Shown one piece after another: positions 55,401-62,235 of a stretch of 64,000 nucleotides of DNA (within the stretch, counting starts at the first letter, position 1; each line of letters begins with the position of its first letter). The stretch is from Mustelus asterias (taxonomy: Eukaryota). The stretch lies in contig NC_135805.1 of assembly GCF_964213995.1 (NCBI RefSeq), positions 47,492,001-47,556,000 on the forward strand, read 5' to 3'. Under the pieces are notes generated by a model that did no database searches, was not told the DNA's origin, and worked only from the letters and a program-made list of their open reading frames with translations. The position numbers were made by a program, and so were the translations under genes.

Positions 55401-58400
55401 ATGAACACTAGCATAGACTAGTTAGACCAAATGTCTTGCTTCAGTGCTGTAAATATTTAAATGTAATTCTATATAAACAACAACAGAAAACTTGCTCTCA
55501 AGAGTCACAGCAGCACCCTTGGTTCAGAGTCCAAATGCTGAGGGCTCAAGTCTAACTGCAGAGACTTGGGCACATTCCCTCAGCAATACCAAGAGAATAT
55601 TGCTGGAAAGTCACGTGTCAGTGCTATCACGTGGCCTTAATTCATTCAAAGAGCCAAGGCACTCTCCCTAGTGGCTTGGCTAACTGAAGGTGTAGGAGGG
55701 GAGAGACACACACTATCTGGTCATTTTCATTGGGAGCTTGCTGTGTGAAAACTGGCTGCTAAGCTTTTTTAAAATTAAAATACTTAATTGGCTGCCAAGT
55801 GCTGTGGGACACCCAAGGGTTGTGAAAGGCTGGTTATAAATGCAAATTCTTTCATCCTGCCCAAGAACATTAACTGTCGATACAGATATTGAGTAGTGAT
55901 TGTAATAATTTCAAAGAAATTGAACATTGAAATCTTCATTGGACATAATGCAGTTCCACAATGGCTCACCTCTTTCTTTCCAAAATCTCCTCCAGGGTTC
56001 ATGGTTGCAAGTATCCGAAATCTGTTTCCAGCACTTATGAGGTCCACACTATCATCTTCCCCACTTCCCTTTTCTGCAAGCAAGAGTGTCCGTTCATCTT
56101 CCAGGACACTGCGCACACATTCAAACAAGTCAGTGAACACAAAATGGAAAAGTTACACAACAGTTAAAAGGTTTAGGAAAAAAAAGCACACTCCTATACT
56201 TGACATCCAAAATTTAACTGACAAATCAGATTGAAACACCACCTGTTGAGTCTTTCCAAAACAGAATCATCCGCCAATGAGATTTCATCCATCAGAAACA
56301 GGTTATCTTCCTTCATAGCAAGCACAAGAGGTCCATCGTGCCACTCAAATAGCCTGTTCGGGCTGGCATCATCCTGATGATCAAGAAATATATCTTAAAA
56401 GTGCAGCATTACCCTTACTCAAATACTGGAGAACAACAATATTAACAACAGTTGCACATTCTTCCTGTGTCTGCGTGGGTTTCCTCCAGGTGCTCTGGTT
56501 TCCTCCCACAGTCCAAAAGATGTGCAGGTTAGGTGAACTGGCCATGCTAAAATTCTCCCTCAGTGTACCCTAACAGGCACCGGAATGTGGCCACTAGGGG
56601 ATTTTCACAGCAACTTCATTGCAGTGTTAATGTAAGCCGACTTGTGACTAATAAATTTAATAAAATAAAACACAAACAGCTTGTGCAAAAACTGCCTCCA
56701 TGCGGCAGCTGTACAAACTGTCTAATCCCTGACCTACACGCAGTTAAATCAGCACAGTCTTAACAATTTAGAAGCAAAATTTTGTGCCACACAAAGCATC
56801 AGCCATGATCCAACAGAGTGGTGGAGAAGGCCGACTGGGCTAAGTGCCCTACAGATGTTCCCACGTTCCTTTCAGGACATCCCTACACAGGTCCTGCCAA
56901 CAACCATATATGCACAAAGGGGGAAGACAGATACTCATTAAATCCCAATTTAGTCATGGTCAGATTCCCTGGTGTGGATCACCTTTTTGATGCCCTCACT
57001 CACGTGAATACATAACTGAAGGAAAAAAATGGACAATTCCCTGCAATGTAAAATATTGATGTACTCCATGCAGTTTCCTTTAGTTTTCTTCCTTAATACT
57101 TTGATGGGGTGCGGGCGCCGCTGGCAAGGCCAGTATTTGCTGCCCCTCCCCGATTGTCCTGGAAATGAATGACATTTGAGGGCAGTTAAGGGTCAACACA
57201 TTGCTGTGGGTTTGGAGTCAAATATAGGCCAGACGAGATAAGGATGGCAGATTTCCTTTCCTAAAGGGAAGTCAGTGAACCATATGAGTTTTTACAATAA
57301 TGACCGAGACTGGCTTTCAATTCCAGATTTTACTAATTGAATTTAAATTACACCAGCTGCCATGCTGGGATTCAAACCCATGTCCCCAGGGCATTAACCC
57401 GCGATGCTGGATTACTAGTTCAGTAACACAACCACCAAGCCACCTGCTCCCTCCCTATCATGCAAATGGCTGCTATGCTTTCGGCGATGTTAGTCTTTCC
57501 TCCCCAAACCCTGTCATTTCACCTTCCTCTTCTCTAAAATTCTCCACCTCACTCTCTTTGGCTCAGTGCCCATTTTGTCTCAATACACATCTGTGTAACT
57601 CCTTCAGCTGTGCAGGGTAGTGGTGGTCTATATTAAAAGGAGAGTTGCTGTTTTAATACCCCATCCTTTGGGTTGTACCGGGCTGAATTTGAAATCTCTC
57701 ATTGAATCAGGTGGATGCACTGCATCAACATTATAAAACGGGTAATCAAAGAGCACACCCATTACCAAGTATGGATATTGTGCACATCCTGGTGCACCTC
57801 AAGACACCGTTCACAATTATGATGCCGACTACAGAATATGGGCACGGCTCGAATTATAAATCAGAGTTGGGGTTATTTTCTTTTCAAACTTACTCCCTCT
57901 TCAACAAAATCTGGTTCATACAAGCTTACTAACTTGCATTCGCCACCTCTGTAGGAAAGTCCATGTTTAATAATTAGTTTTGGTTTCTTGATATGTAATT
58001 ATCAAATAATCGAAGTGTTTAATCAATTAACTCATGATGTAAGGTACCAGTATCATCCTATGTAAGCCTGTGTCATTAGGTGCATTCTCACTGACCAGTG
58101 AAATGTGCCATTTTGCCTCAGACCAAAGTACGGTTACGTGTCATGGTTTTGTTACAGGACAAATAACGGGAGGAAACCCATTGAATACAGGATTAACGCA
58201 AGGGTCACTTATTGTTTAATTGTCAAAGCAAATGATGGAGAGATTAGGTTTTGGAAGTTGTATTCCTCTCAGTGTATTGTGTAAAGCAGAATTGTTTTAG
58301 GTCTCAAACCACAGTTCTGTGTCTTAAATAGCTTAAGTAACTTAGAACCTTAAAAAGAGAAATATTCACTTTCTTTTAAAGTGTGCAACAGATCAATGCA

Positions 58401-61400
58401 CAAGTGGTTTCTGTATCTTTGGAATCAGTTTCTGTAATCAGTGTTATGAGTTTTGATGAAGGGTCATCTAGACTCGAAACGTTGCCTCCATTCTCTTTCC
58501 ACAAACGCTGTCAGACCTGCTGAGGTTCTCCAGTACTTTGTTTTGTTTCAGATTCTAGCATCTGCAGTATTTTGCCTTTATTGTAATTATGTAGCTTTTG
58601 TGACTTATTTCTTATGAGCATGCATTAATCGGATGTTATTTTGTAATACATGCCTTGAAACCCCAACACATTAATCATATGTACTGATTTTATATGTACT
58701 ATAGTAATTTTTTTTAACTGCTGTATTGGTTTAAGATTGTGTGCCTCTTGGAGCTTTAGTTATTTTTAAGAAACTTGCTTCAGGCAACAGCAGTCACGAG
58801 GAAGTTGGACACAATCGTTTGAACTTCCCAGCTCCAAAGCTCGTGCATGACCCGATTTTCTGCACAAATGTAATCTTTCAGATTGACTTTCTACACTGTT
58901 TGGCTTCCACTTATTTACCTCAGTTACGTTGCTCAAAAGATAATTCAGGTCAGCAAGTCTAACGGCTGGTTGGTGAATGAGATGATGTGGAGATGCCGGC
59001 GTTGGACTGGGGTAAACACAGTAAGAGTTTTAACAACACCAGGTTAAAGTCCAACAGGTTTATTTGGTAGCAAATGCCATTAGCTTTCGGAGCGCTGCTC
59101 CTTCGTCAGATGGAGTGGAAATGTGCTCTCAAACAGGGCACAGAGACACAAAATAAAGTTACAGAATACTGATTAGAATGCGCATCTCTACAGCCAACCA
59201 GGTCTTAAAGATACGGACAATGTGAGTGGAGGGAGCATTAAGCAGAGGTTAAAGAGATGTGTATTGTCTCCAGACAGGACAGCCAGTGAGATTCTGCAAG
59301 TCCAGGAGGCAAGCTGTGGGGGTTACTGATAGTGTGACATAAAGCCAACATGTGTGCAGAACTTGGCTATCAGAATATTTGCTACCAAATAAACCTGCTG
59401 GACTTTAACCTGGTGTTGTTAAAACTCTTACGATGAATGAGATGAGAACTTGTGGGAGTGGAGGGAGACCCAGACTGGACACTGGACCAGAGACGACCAA
59501 TAGATTAGAGAACTACAGTCAACGTACCTTTTCATTGGAACCATGTCGGACAGGCCTTAGGCCCCCGAGGAAGTCAGATGTTTCCAGGTGCAAGTGACAG
59601 TTCACTGTGTGGAGCTCTTGATCAAACATGGAAGCAAACATCTGGCACATTGTGGTCTTACCACAGCTGTACAAAGCAAAGACATTCCATATTCAGTTAT
59701 TGTATCCATAAGATAATGGAAAGCACTAAAGCCTACTGAGGAACAGCAGTGATCAATACAGATATTGAAGAATTACATCATGATTCAAAATCATTTGGGC
59801 TAAAAAAAAAAATTTCATCCAAATACGGGTTCCAGCTTGAAATGGAATATCGAGAAAACAATACTCAATATCAGATAGTGGTGCTGAAGTCCACACAGAA
59901 TGTTGGGATACAAAGACAAGAAAGAAAGTTTAAACACAATGGTTAGTCCTCACCTCGAGCAGGACAAACACGCATTTATGTTGTAAATTCACTATAGAAA
60001 AACATTATAAGGCAATATGACAGCTATGGGTTTTTTAGAGCTAGTTCTTATTTTTATTAATTCACAGGAAGTTGGCTAGGCCAGCATTTATTGCCCATTC
60101 TTAATTGCCCTCGAGAGGTTGGTAGTGAACTGCCTTCTTGAACCGCTGCAGTCCCTGTAATCCAGGATTTTGACCCAGCGACTCTGAAGGAATGGCAATG
60201 TATTTCCAAGTCAGTGTGTGTCCAACTTGAGGGAAACTTGCTGATGGCGGTGTGCCATGTGCCTGCTGCCCTGTACTTCCAGCTAGTAGCCATCACAGGT
60301 TCAGTAGGTGCTGTCGAAGGTGCCTTGGTTTGCTGCTGCAGTGCATCTTATATATAATACACATTGCTGCCACTGTGTACCGACAGGCAAGGGAGTGAAT
60401 GTCTAAGGTGCCAATCAAGCAGGCTGCTTTGTTCTGGGTAGTGTTGAACTTTTTGGAGCTGCACTCATCTAGGCAAGTAGATAGGATTCCATTGCACTCC
60501 TGACAAACATAGCTGTGTCTTGTCGATGATGGACAGGCTTTGGGGAGCCAGGAGGAGTGTAACAAACAGAATTCCTAGCTTCTGAGCAGTTTTTGCAGCC
60601 ACAGTACTTAAGGCTAGCTCAGTTAAGTGTCTGATCAATTGTGACTAGAACACTGATAATGCCATTTAATGTCGAGGGGATTGTTAAGACTCTTATTGCC
60701 TGGCACTTGTGTAACACAAATGGAGTGTTACATGCCAGGTAACAGCCCACGCCAGAATACTATCTAAAGAATTGCAAATGGTCCTGAACACTGCACAATG
60801 AACATTCCCATTTCTGACATTATGAAGGGAGTTGTGGTTAATGCAGCTGAATATGGTTAAGTCTAGGACTGAACTCCAGAGATGACTGGTCTCCAAAAAC
60901 CAAAACTCCAGCCAGTTGAAAGTTTACCCCACCTTATTTACCCCCTGCACAGTGGATAGCACTGCTGCCTCACAGCAACAGGGACCCAGGTTCAATTCTG
61001 GCCTTGGGTGACTAGTCCGTTTGCACATTCTCCCAGTGTCTCCATGGGGTTCTCCCCACAGTCCAAAGATGTGCAGGTTAGGTCGATTGACCATGTTAAG
61101 TTTCCTGTAGTATCCCAAGATGTATAGGTTAGGGTGATTAGTGGGGTAAATATATGTGGTGTTACATGGATAGGGTTTAGGCAAGATACTCTGTCGGCGA
61201 GTTGGTGCAGACTCGATGGGCCGAATTGCCTCCTTCTGCACTGTAGGGATTTTATGATTCCCAATGGCTTCAATTTTACTAGGGATTCTAGATGGTAAAA
61301 AGCTGCCTTGCCATGAAGGGAAGAACAGTCACGTTTACCTCACCTCTGGAATCCAGTTCTATTGTCCATATTTAAACAAAGGCTGTTATTAAGTCATTTT

Positions 61401-62235
61401 GGCTGAACCTCAAATACAGCAATCAATGAACAGTAAATGCTGCTTGACTCACTGTCAACCACCCATTCCATCATTTTGCTGAGGACAGAGAGTCAGCTAA
61501 TGGGAGAGTCCTCTTTTTTGGACAAGACGTAACTGTAGAATTTTCCATTTTGTGAGAAAGATGCCAACATTGGAGGTCTAATGGAACCATATTGGCTAGA
61601 ATCACAGCTAATTTTTGAACACAGGTCTTCAATACTGTAGCTGGAATCTTGTCCTGGCCCATAACCGTGGCTACATCCAAGTGCTCAGCCAGTTCTTGAT
61701 ATCATGTGATGGCAGTCAAATTGGCTGAAGACTGGCTGCTACAATTATGGAGACCTCAAAGAGATAGAAGGATCGTCCACTTAACATTGCTGTCTGAAGG
61801 TGATGTTGCTGTAAATTTGTCAATCTACCCAAATTACTCCAATTAACACAATTGTGTCACTTCATATATACCGCCCCGTCCACCACAGGAATCGGAGTGG
61901 GCGCAGGGTGGACAATGGGAAGGTCCGTTGGCCTCGGGGAGGATTTTCTGGTCTCGGGTCGAACAAGGCTGTAAAATCCCGCCCTTCAGTTAAATTCTAC
62001 TTCAGTTTTATTAATCCAGATGCAGCTTTACACACCATGGCATAAATATGCCAGACTTACAGACGAGAATTCAATTTAAAAATTGTGGATGATTACCCGG
62101 TTTCTCCAACGATGAGCACAGCTTCTCTGAACTGCAAAGCTCGTCCTGCCAGAATCGCCAACTTTCGCATTCCATACGTCCACACAACATGGCGGAAGTC
62201 ATCAGACACGGCTGACTTCAGGCCTGACCACATAT
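92..62235 (-). CDS. MDN1: Midasin (MDN1/Rea1) AAA-ATPase, internal portion: 38 spliced exons, ~2408 codons, AAA D4-D6 plus linker; gene extends beyond both window edges
   Basis: Walker A motifs [16 protein letters not shown] and GPTASGKT; midasin signatures [84 protein letters not shown]; all exon phases join in frame. Confidence 0.97.
947..1619. mobile_element. HE1-like V-SINE (+) with a second HE1-like SINE nested in opposite orientation (1099-1451, -)
   Basis: tRNA-like head ggtggcacagtggttagcactgctg...ggttc; outer copy breaks at ccaaagat and resumes at atgtgcaggttag. Confidence 0.92.
2336..2597 (-). CDS. MDN1: MDN1 exon 37: [12 protein letters not shown]...[15 protein letters not shown]...FYSLI
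   Basis: ORF track; ttcag|gat...g|gtgagt. Confidence 0.92.
2910..3068 (-). CDS. MDN1: MDN1 exon 36: [11 protein letters not shown]...SLYKYKSK...[11 protein letters not shown]
   Basis: ORF track; taaag|gca...aag|gtaatg. Confidence 0.92.
3184..3321. mobile_element. Short palindromic-ended MITE-like element; related copies 48978-49104, ~61868-61984, 30940-31073, 53465-53670
   Basis: Imperfect terminal inverted repeats gggtgggattttcc / ggaaaattctgccc; internal sequence shared between the 3184, 48978 and 61868 copies. Confidence 0.65.
3921..4064 (+). mobile_element. Penelope-like pseudo-LTR solo fragment (others: 44838-44945-, 48020-48203 as an inverted pair)
   Basis: Near identity to the reverse complement of 58983-59125. 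Confidence 0.85.
6028..6733 (-). CDS. MDN1: MDN1 exon 35 (706 bp): FLQRRISHL...[13 protein letters not shown]...LQLFRHLCQ
   Basis: ORF 6013-6729; cctag|g...caa|gtaatt. Confidence 0.94.
6775..8305 (-). mobile_element. CR1-clade (HER1-like) LINE, 5'-truncated, relatively young; RT domain with a frameshift plus 3' UTR
   Basis: ORFs 7790-8245 and 6886-7860: [50 protein letters not shown]. Confidence 0.95.
8499..9062 (+). mobile_element. CR1 LINE 3' fragment
   Basis: [18 protein letters not shown]...[12 protein letters not shown]; tail ending ...ctatga. Confidence 0.9.
9798..9907 (-). CDS. MDN1: MDN1 exon 34: [37 protein letters not shown]
   Basis: Manual translation; cctag|ttg...ag|gtgcct. Confidence 0.88.
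10229..10295. mobile_element. DeuSINE (SacSINE1-like) central-domain remnant; related remnants ~810-910, 55520-55850, 63385-63497
   Basis: atgggatcttttaa..tctacctga...ggcagatggggtcccagttta resembles the recalled Deu-domain consensus. Confidence 0.55.
10932..11322 (-). CDS. MDN1: MDN1 exon 33: [12 protein letters not shown]...[15 protein letters not shown]...[17 protein letters not shown]
   Basis: ORF track; tgcag|a...gag|gtcagt. Confidence 0.93.
13065..14024 (+). mobile_element. CR1 LINE 3' fragment
   Basis: Begins near KFADDTK; [11 protein letters not shown]; 3' UTR gaatggcggag...cctatgtt. Confidence 0.9.
14031..14245 (-). CDS. MDN1: MDN1 exon 32: [19 protein letters not shown]...[15 protein letters not shown]...LWTNMAV
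   Basis: Manual translation; aatag|ggg...ag|gtatgt. Confidence 0.92.
15290..15668 (+). mobile_element. Penelope-like element 3' end (GIY-YIG C-terminus plus pseudo-LTR with hammerhead motif)
   Basis: Translates ~[21 protein letters not shown] with a frameshift; ctgatga-aggagc-aac-gctct-gaaa; ccaaataaacctgttggact. Confidence 0.8.
15786..15956 (-). CDS. MDN1: MDN1 exon 31: [16 protein letters not shown]...[12 protein letters not shown]...KSLK
   Basis: ORF track; cccag|ctc...aag|gttggt. Confidence 0.9.
16969..17098 (-). CDS. MDN1: MDN1 exon 30: [43 protein letters not shown]
   Basis: Manual translation; donor gtgagc; exon ends at 17098 or, using an in-frame acceptor, 17092. Confidence 0.85.
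18040..18395 (+). mobile_element. Older tRNA-derived SINE family; other copies ~1965-2315+, 5170-5380-, 43200-43530+, 57090-57440-
   Basis: Shared ggaatttaaatt..aataaatctggaa..aa..tagtctcagt and tail ggcaattagggatgggcaa. Confidence 0.8.
18418..18643 (-). CDS. MDN1: MDN1 exon 29: MLQCAVDAQ...[13 protein letters not shown]...LSLTS
   Basis: ORF track; tttcag|gc...ag|gtaagc. Confidence 0.9.
19720..19930 (-). CDS. MDN1: MDN1 exon 28: [11 protein letters not shown]...[17 protein letters not shown]
   Basis: ORF track; tttag|gcc...g|gtatgc. Confidence 0.88.
21390..21510 (-). CDS. MDN1: MDN1 exon 27: [16 protein letters not shown]...LGRPLPFK
   Basis: Manual translation; tgtag|a...aag|gttagt. Confidence 0.88.
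21877..24080 (+). mobile_element. Degenerate, internally deleted CR1 LINE (endonuclease C-terminus, RT, 3' end)
   Basis: GDFN, SDH, KSPGPD, GVPQG, FADD and RPHLEYC motifs with stops and frameshifts. Confidence 0.92.
25258..25412 (-). CDS. MDN1: MDN1 exon 26: [16 protein letters not shown]...[13 protein letters not shown]
   Basis: Manual translation; WRDRFW and LHWHWV motifs; catag|gta...ca|gtaagc. Confidence 0.93.
26460..26593 (-). CDS. MDN1: MDN1 exon 25: [24 protein letters not shown]...YVFHE (followed by a GC donor)
   Basis: tttag|ga...gag|gcaagt; only the GC donor preserves phase 0. Confidence 0.87.
27301..27422 (-). CDS. MDN1: MDN1 exon 24: [15 protein letters not shown]...[11 protein letters not shown]
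   Basis: Manual translation; tgtag|g...g|gtactc. Confidence 0.86.
27565..28090 (-). mobile_element. Old CR1-like LINE fragment of a second lineage
   Basis: [19 protein letters not shown]; gccctgtgggactcc = GVPQG on the minus strand. Confidence 0.75.
28125..28725 (+). mobile_element. Internally deleted Rex1/Babar-like LINE interrupted by an HE1 SINE (28272-28582)
   Basis: [15 protein letters not shown]...W..DF..RPQ..RIG, resuming ILNT after the SINE; tail gtgacaataataaatcaaatcaaa. Confidence 0.75.
28987..29116 (-). CDS. MDN1: MDN1 exon 23: [20 protein letters not shown]...SIANR
   Basis: Manual translation; IPLDPRWN motif; tgcag|aa...ag|gtaagc. Confidence 0.9.
29131..30175 (+). mobile_element. 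CR1 LINE 3' fragment
   Basis: [25 protein letters not shown]1-type tail. Confidence 0.9.
31834..31947 (-). CDS. MDN1: MDN1 exon 22: [13 protein letters not shown]...QQLQLDAN
   Basis: ORF track; tacag|ag...g|gtaacg; phase 1-1. Confidence 0.85.
32559..32779 (-). CDS. MDN1: MDN1 exon 21: [14 protein letters not shown]...[13 protein letters not shown]
   Basis: ORF track; atcag|g...g|gtagtg. Confidence 0.9.
33061..33263 (-). CDS. MDN1: MDN1 exon 20: [10 protein letters not shown]...[17 protein letters not shown]...[11 protein letters not shown]
   Basis: ORF track; tgcag|caa...ag|gtgggc. Confidence 0.9.
33849..33994 (-). CDS. MDN1: MDN1 exon 19: [22 protein letters not shown]...RAHQE
   Basis: ORF track; taaag|gt...gag|gtgagg. 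Confidence 0.88.
34055..34530 (+). mobile_element. CR1 LINE 3' fragment (same subfamily as 13065-14024)
   Basis: [18 protein letters not shown]; shared 3' UTR. Confidence 0.85.
34729..34934 (-). CDS. MDN1: MDN1 exon 18: [23 protein letters not shown]
   Basis: ORF track; aatag|g...g|gtaaac. Confidence 0.93.
36525..37170 (+). mobile_element. Second Penelope-like family, decayed GIY-YIG C-terminus and tail (related tails at 46155-46240-, 46380-46525+, 58448-58580+)
   Basis: Degenerate G.TK.RLGD..AEHL.SV...KEQH...TL...GL.VEF; tail gatgctg..gacctgctgag..ttccagca. Confidence 0.7.
37389..37457. repeat. (GA)n-(GT)n compound microsatellite
   Basis: Run of about 23 GA units followed by GT repeats. 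Confidence 0.97.
37734..37850 (-). CDS. MDN1: MDN1 exon 17: [39 protein letters not shown]
   Basis: tttag|t...ag|gtaagc. Confidence 0.94.
38444..38603 (-). CDS. MDN1: MDN1 exon 16: [11 protein letters not shown]...[28 protein letters not shown]
   Basis: Manual translation; an in-frame alternative acceptor would end the exon at 38594; donor gtaaga. Confidence 0.9.
39819..40086 (-). CDS. MDN1: MDN1 exon 15: [14 protein letters not shown]...[12 protein letters not shown] (D6 insertion)
   Basis: ORF track; tgcag|gtt...g|gtatgc. Confidence 0.9.
41490..42213 (+). mobile_element. CR1 LINE 3' fragment
   Basis: ORF 41602-42030 with [19 protein letters not shown]; tail gctgtatgactatgac. Confidence 0.9.
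42449..42712 (-). CDS. MDN1: MDN1 exon 14: VGYSTLSR...[13 protein letters not shown]...[12 protein letters not shown] (D6 Walker A)
   Basis: ORF track; tttcag|gtt...cag|gtgaaa. Confidence 0.95.
42858..42962 (-). CDS. MDN1: MDN1 exon 13: [35 protein letters not shown]
   Basis: Manual translation; ccaag|atg...cag|gtttgc; resembles recalled human PYMGTRLFRITPYDVQ. Confidence 0.85.
44055..44243 (-). CDS. MDN1: MDN1 exon 12: [32 protein letters not shown]
   Basis: ORF track; AAG acceptor, gtaagc donor; preceded by a 90-bp intron. Confidence 0.93.
44334..44441 (-). CDS. MDN1: MDN1 exon 11: [20 protein letters not shown]...KMVHFNCK
   Basis: ORF track; tgcag|gta...aag|gtaaga. Confidence 0.92.
45603..45800 (-). 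CDS. MDN1: MDN1 exon 10: [19 protein letters not shown]...[17 protein letters not shown]
   Basis: ORF track; tttcag|cta...cag|gtaagg. Confidence 0.95.
47391..47513 (-). CDS. MDN1: MDN1 exon 9: [41 protein letters not shown]
   Basis: tgtag|gat...gag|gtgagt; D5 Walker B. Confidence 0.95.
48637..48845 (-). CDS. MDN1: MDN1 exon 8: [19 protein letters not shown]...[14 protein letters not shown]...RINLSEQT (D5 Walker A); alternative end 48848
   Basis: ORF track; tandem acceptor ttttcagtag; donor gtaagt. Confidence 0.93.
49117..49650 (-). mobile_element. CR1 LINE 3' fragment (subfamily of the 8499 and 23490 copies)
   Basis: [10 protein letters not shown]...[13 protein letters not shown]. Confidence 0.9.
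50851..51048 (-). CDS. MDN1: MDN1 exon 7: [20 protein letters not shown]...[10 protein letters not shown]
   Basis: Manual translation; ttccag|gg...g|gtaagg. Confidence 0.9.
51521..52624. repeat. Local direct duplication of ~250 bp (51521-51775 vs 52369-52624) including the exon-6 splice acceptor
   Basis: Long shared blocks: tttagattt, caagtggactgtagg, tttgaaattattg, gtttgcagtggag, cagctttgcatttcccc, ctgaaaaatgtcctcactgtg. Confidence 0.9.
52131..52370 (-). CDS. MDN1: MDN1 exon 6: [14 protein letters not shown]...[14 protein letters not shown]...IDGIGS
   Basis: ORF track; tacag|gc...g|gtatgt. Confidence 0.93.
52950..53165 (+). mobile_element. CR1 LINE 3' end remnant
   Basis: ctgtggaattct...gaatggcgg...atgggccgaatggcctact; a similar remnant lies at 505-665. 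Confidence 0.75.
54434..54563 (-). CDS. MDN1: MDN1 exon 5: [16 protein letters not shown]
   Basis: ORF track; tttcag|ctt...g|gtgggg; arginine-finger motif. Confidence 0.92.
55970..56108 (-). CDS. MDN1: MDN1 exon 4: [14 protein letters not shown]...[17 protein letters not shown]
   Basis: ORF track 55784-56140; gcag|t...gag|gtgagc. Confidence 0.93.
56243..56373 (-). CDS. MDN1: MDN1 exon 3: [37 protein letters not shown] (D4 Walker B)
   Basis: atcag|gat...ag|gtggtg. Confidence 0.93.
58983..59432 (-). mobile_element. Penelope-like element with an inverted terminal copy and flanking direct repeat
   Basis: ~55-bp inverted repeat gtaagagttttaacaacaccagg.../...cctggtgttgttaaaactcttac; same family as 15290. 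Confidence 0.85.
59077..59113 (-). ncRNA. Minimal type-I hammerhead ribozyme motif
   Basis: Minus strand reads CCAU-CUGACGA-A-GGAGC-AGC-GCUCC-GAAA-GCUA-AUGG: intact core, perfect stems I and II. Confidence 0.75.
59528..59666 (-). CDS. MDN1: MDN1 exon 2: [10 protein letters not shown]...[20 protein letters not shown]
   Basis: acag|c...aag|gtacgt; completes GETGCGKT. Confidence 0.93.
60057..60885 (-). mobile_element. Old CR1-like LINE 3' portion (same lineage as 27565) with tail gggcaattaagaatgggcaataaatgctggcc
   Basis: KAACLIG...[14 protein letters not shown]-terminal motif; tail shared with a SINE family. Confidence 0.75.
62097..62235 (-). CDS. MDN1: MDN1 exon (window exon 1): [46 protein letters not shown]
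   Basis: AG/GT bounded (aacag|at...gg|gtaatc); first half of the D4 Walker A. Confidence 0.9.

Larger units (their letters stand above)
12638..56660. mobile_element. HE1-head SINEs with an alternative tail; dispersed copies approx. 12638-12766-, 16203-16437-, 20995-21284-, 35262-35528-, 39229-39515+, 51839-52110+, 56451-56660+
   Basis: Same head and core where retained; tail ctaaattctccctcagtgtac...ggattttcacagtaacttcattgcagtgttaatgtaagcc...aataaataaactt. Confidence 0.88.
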
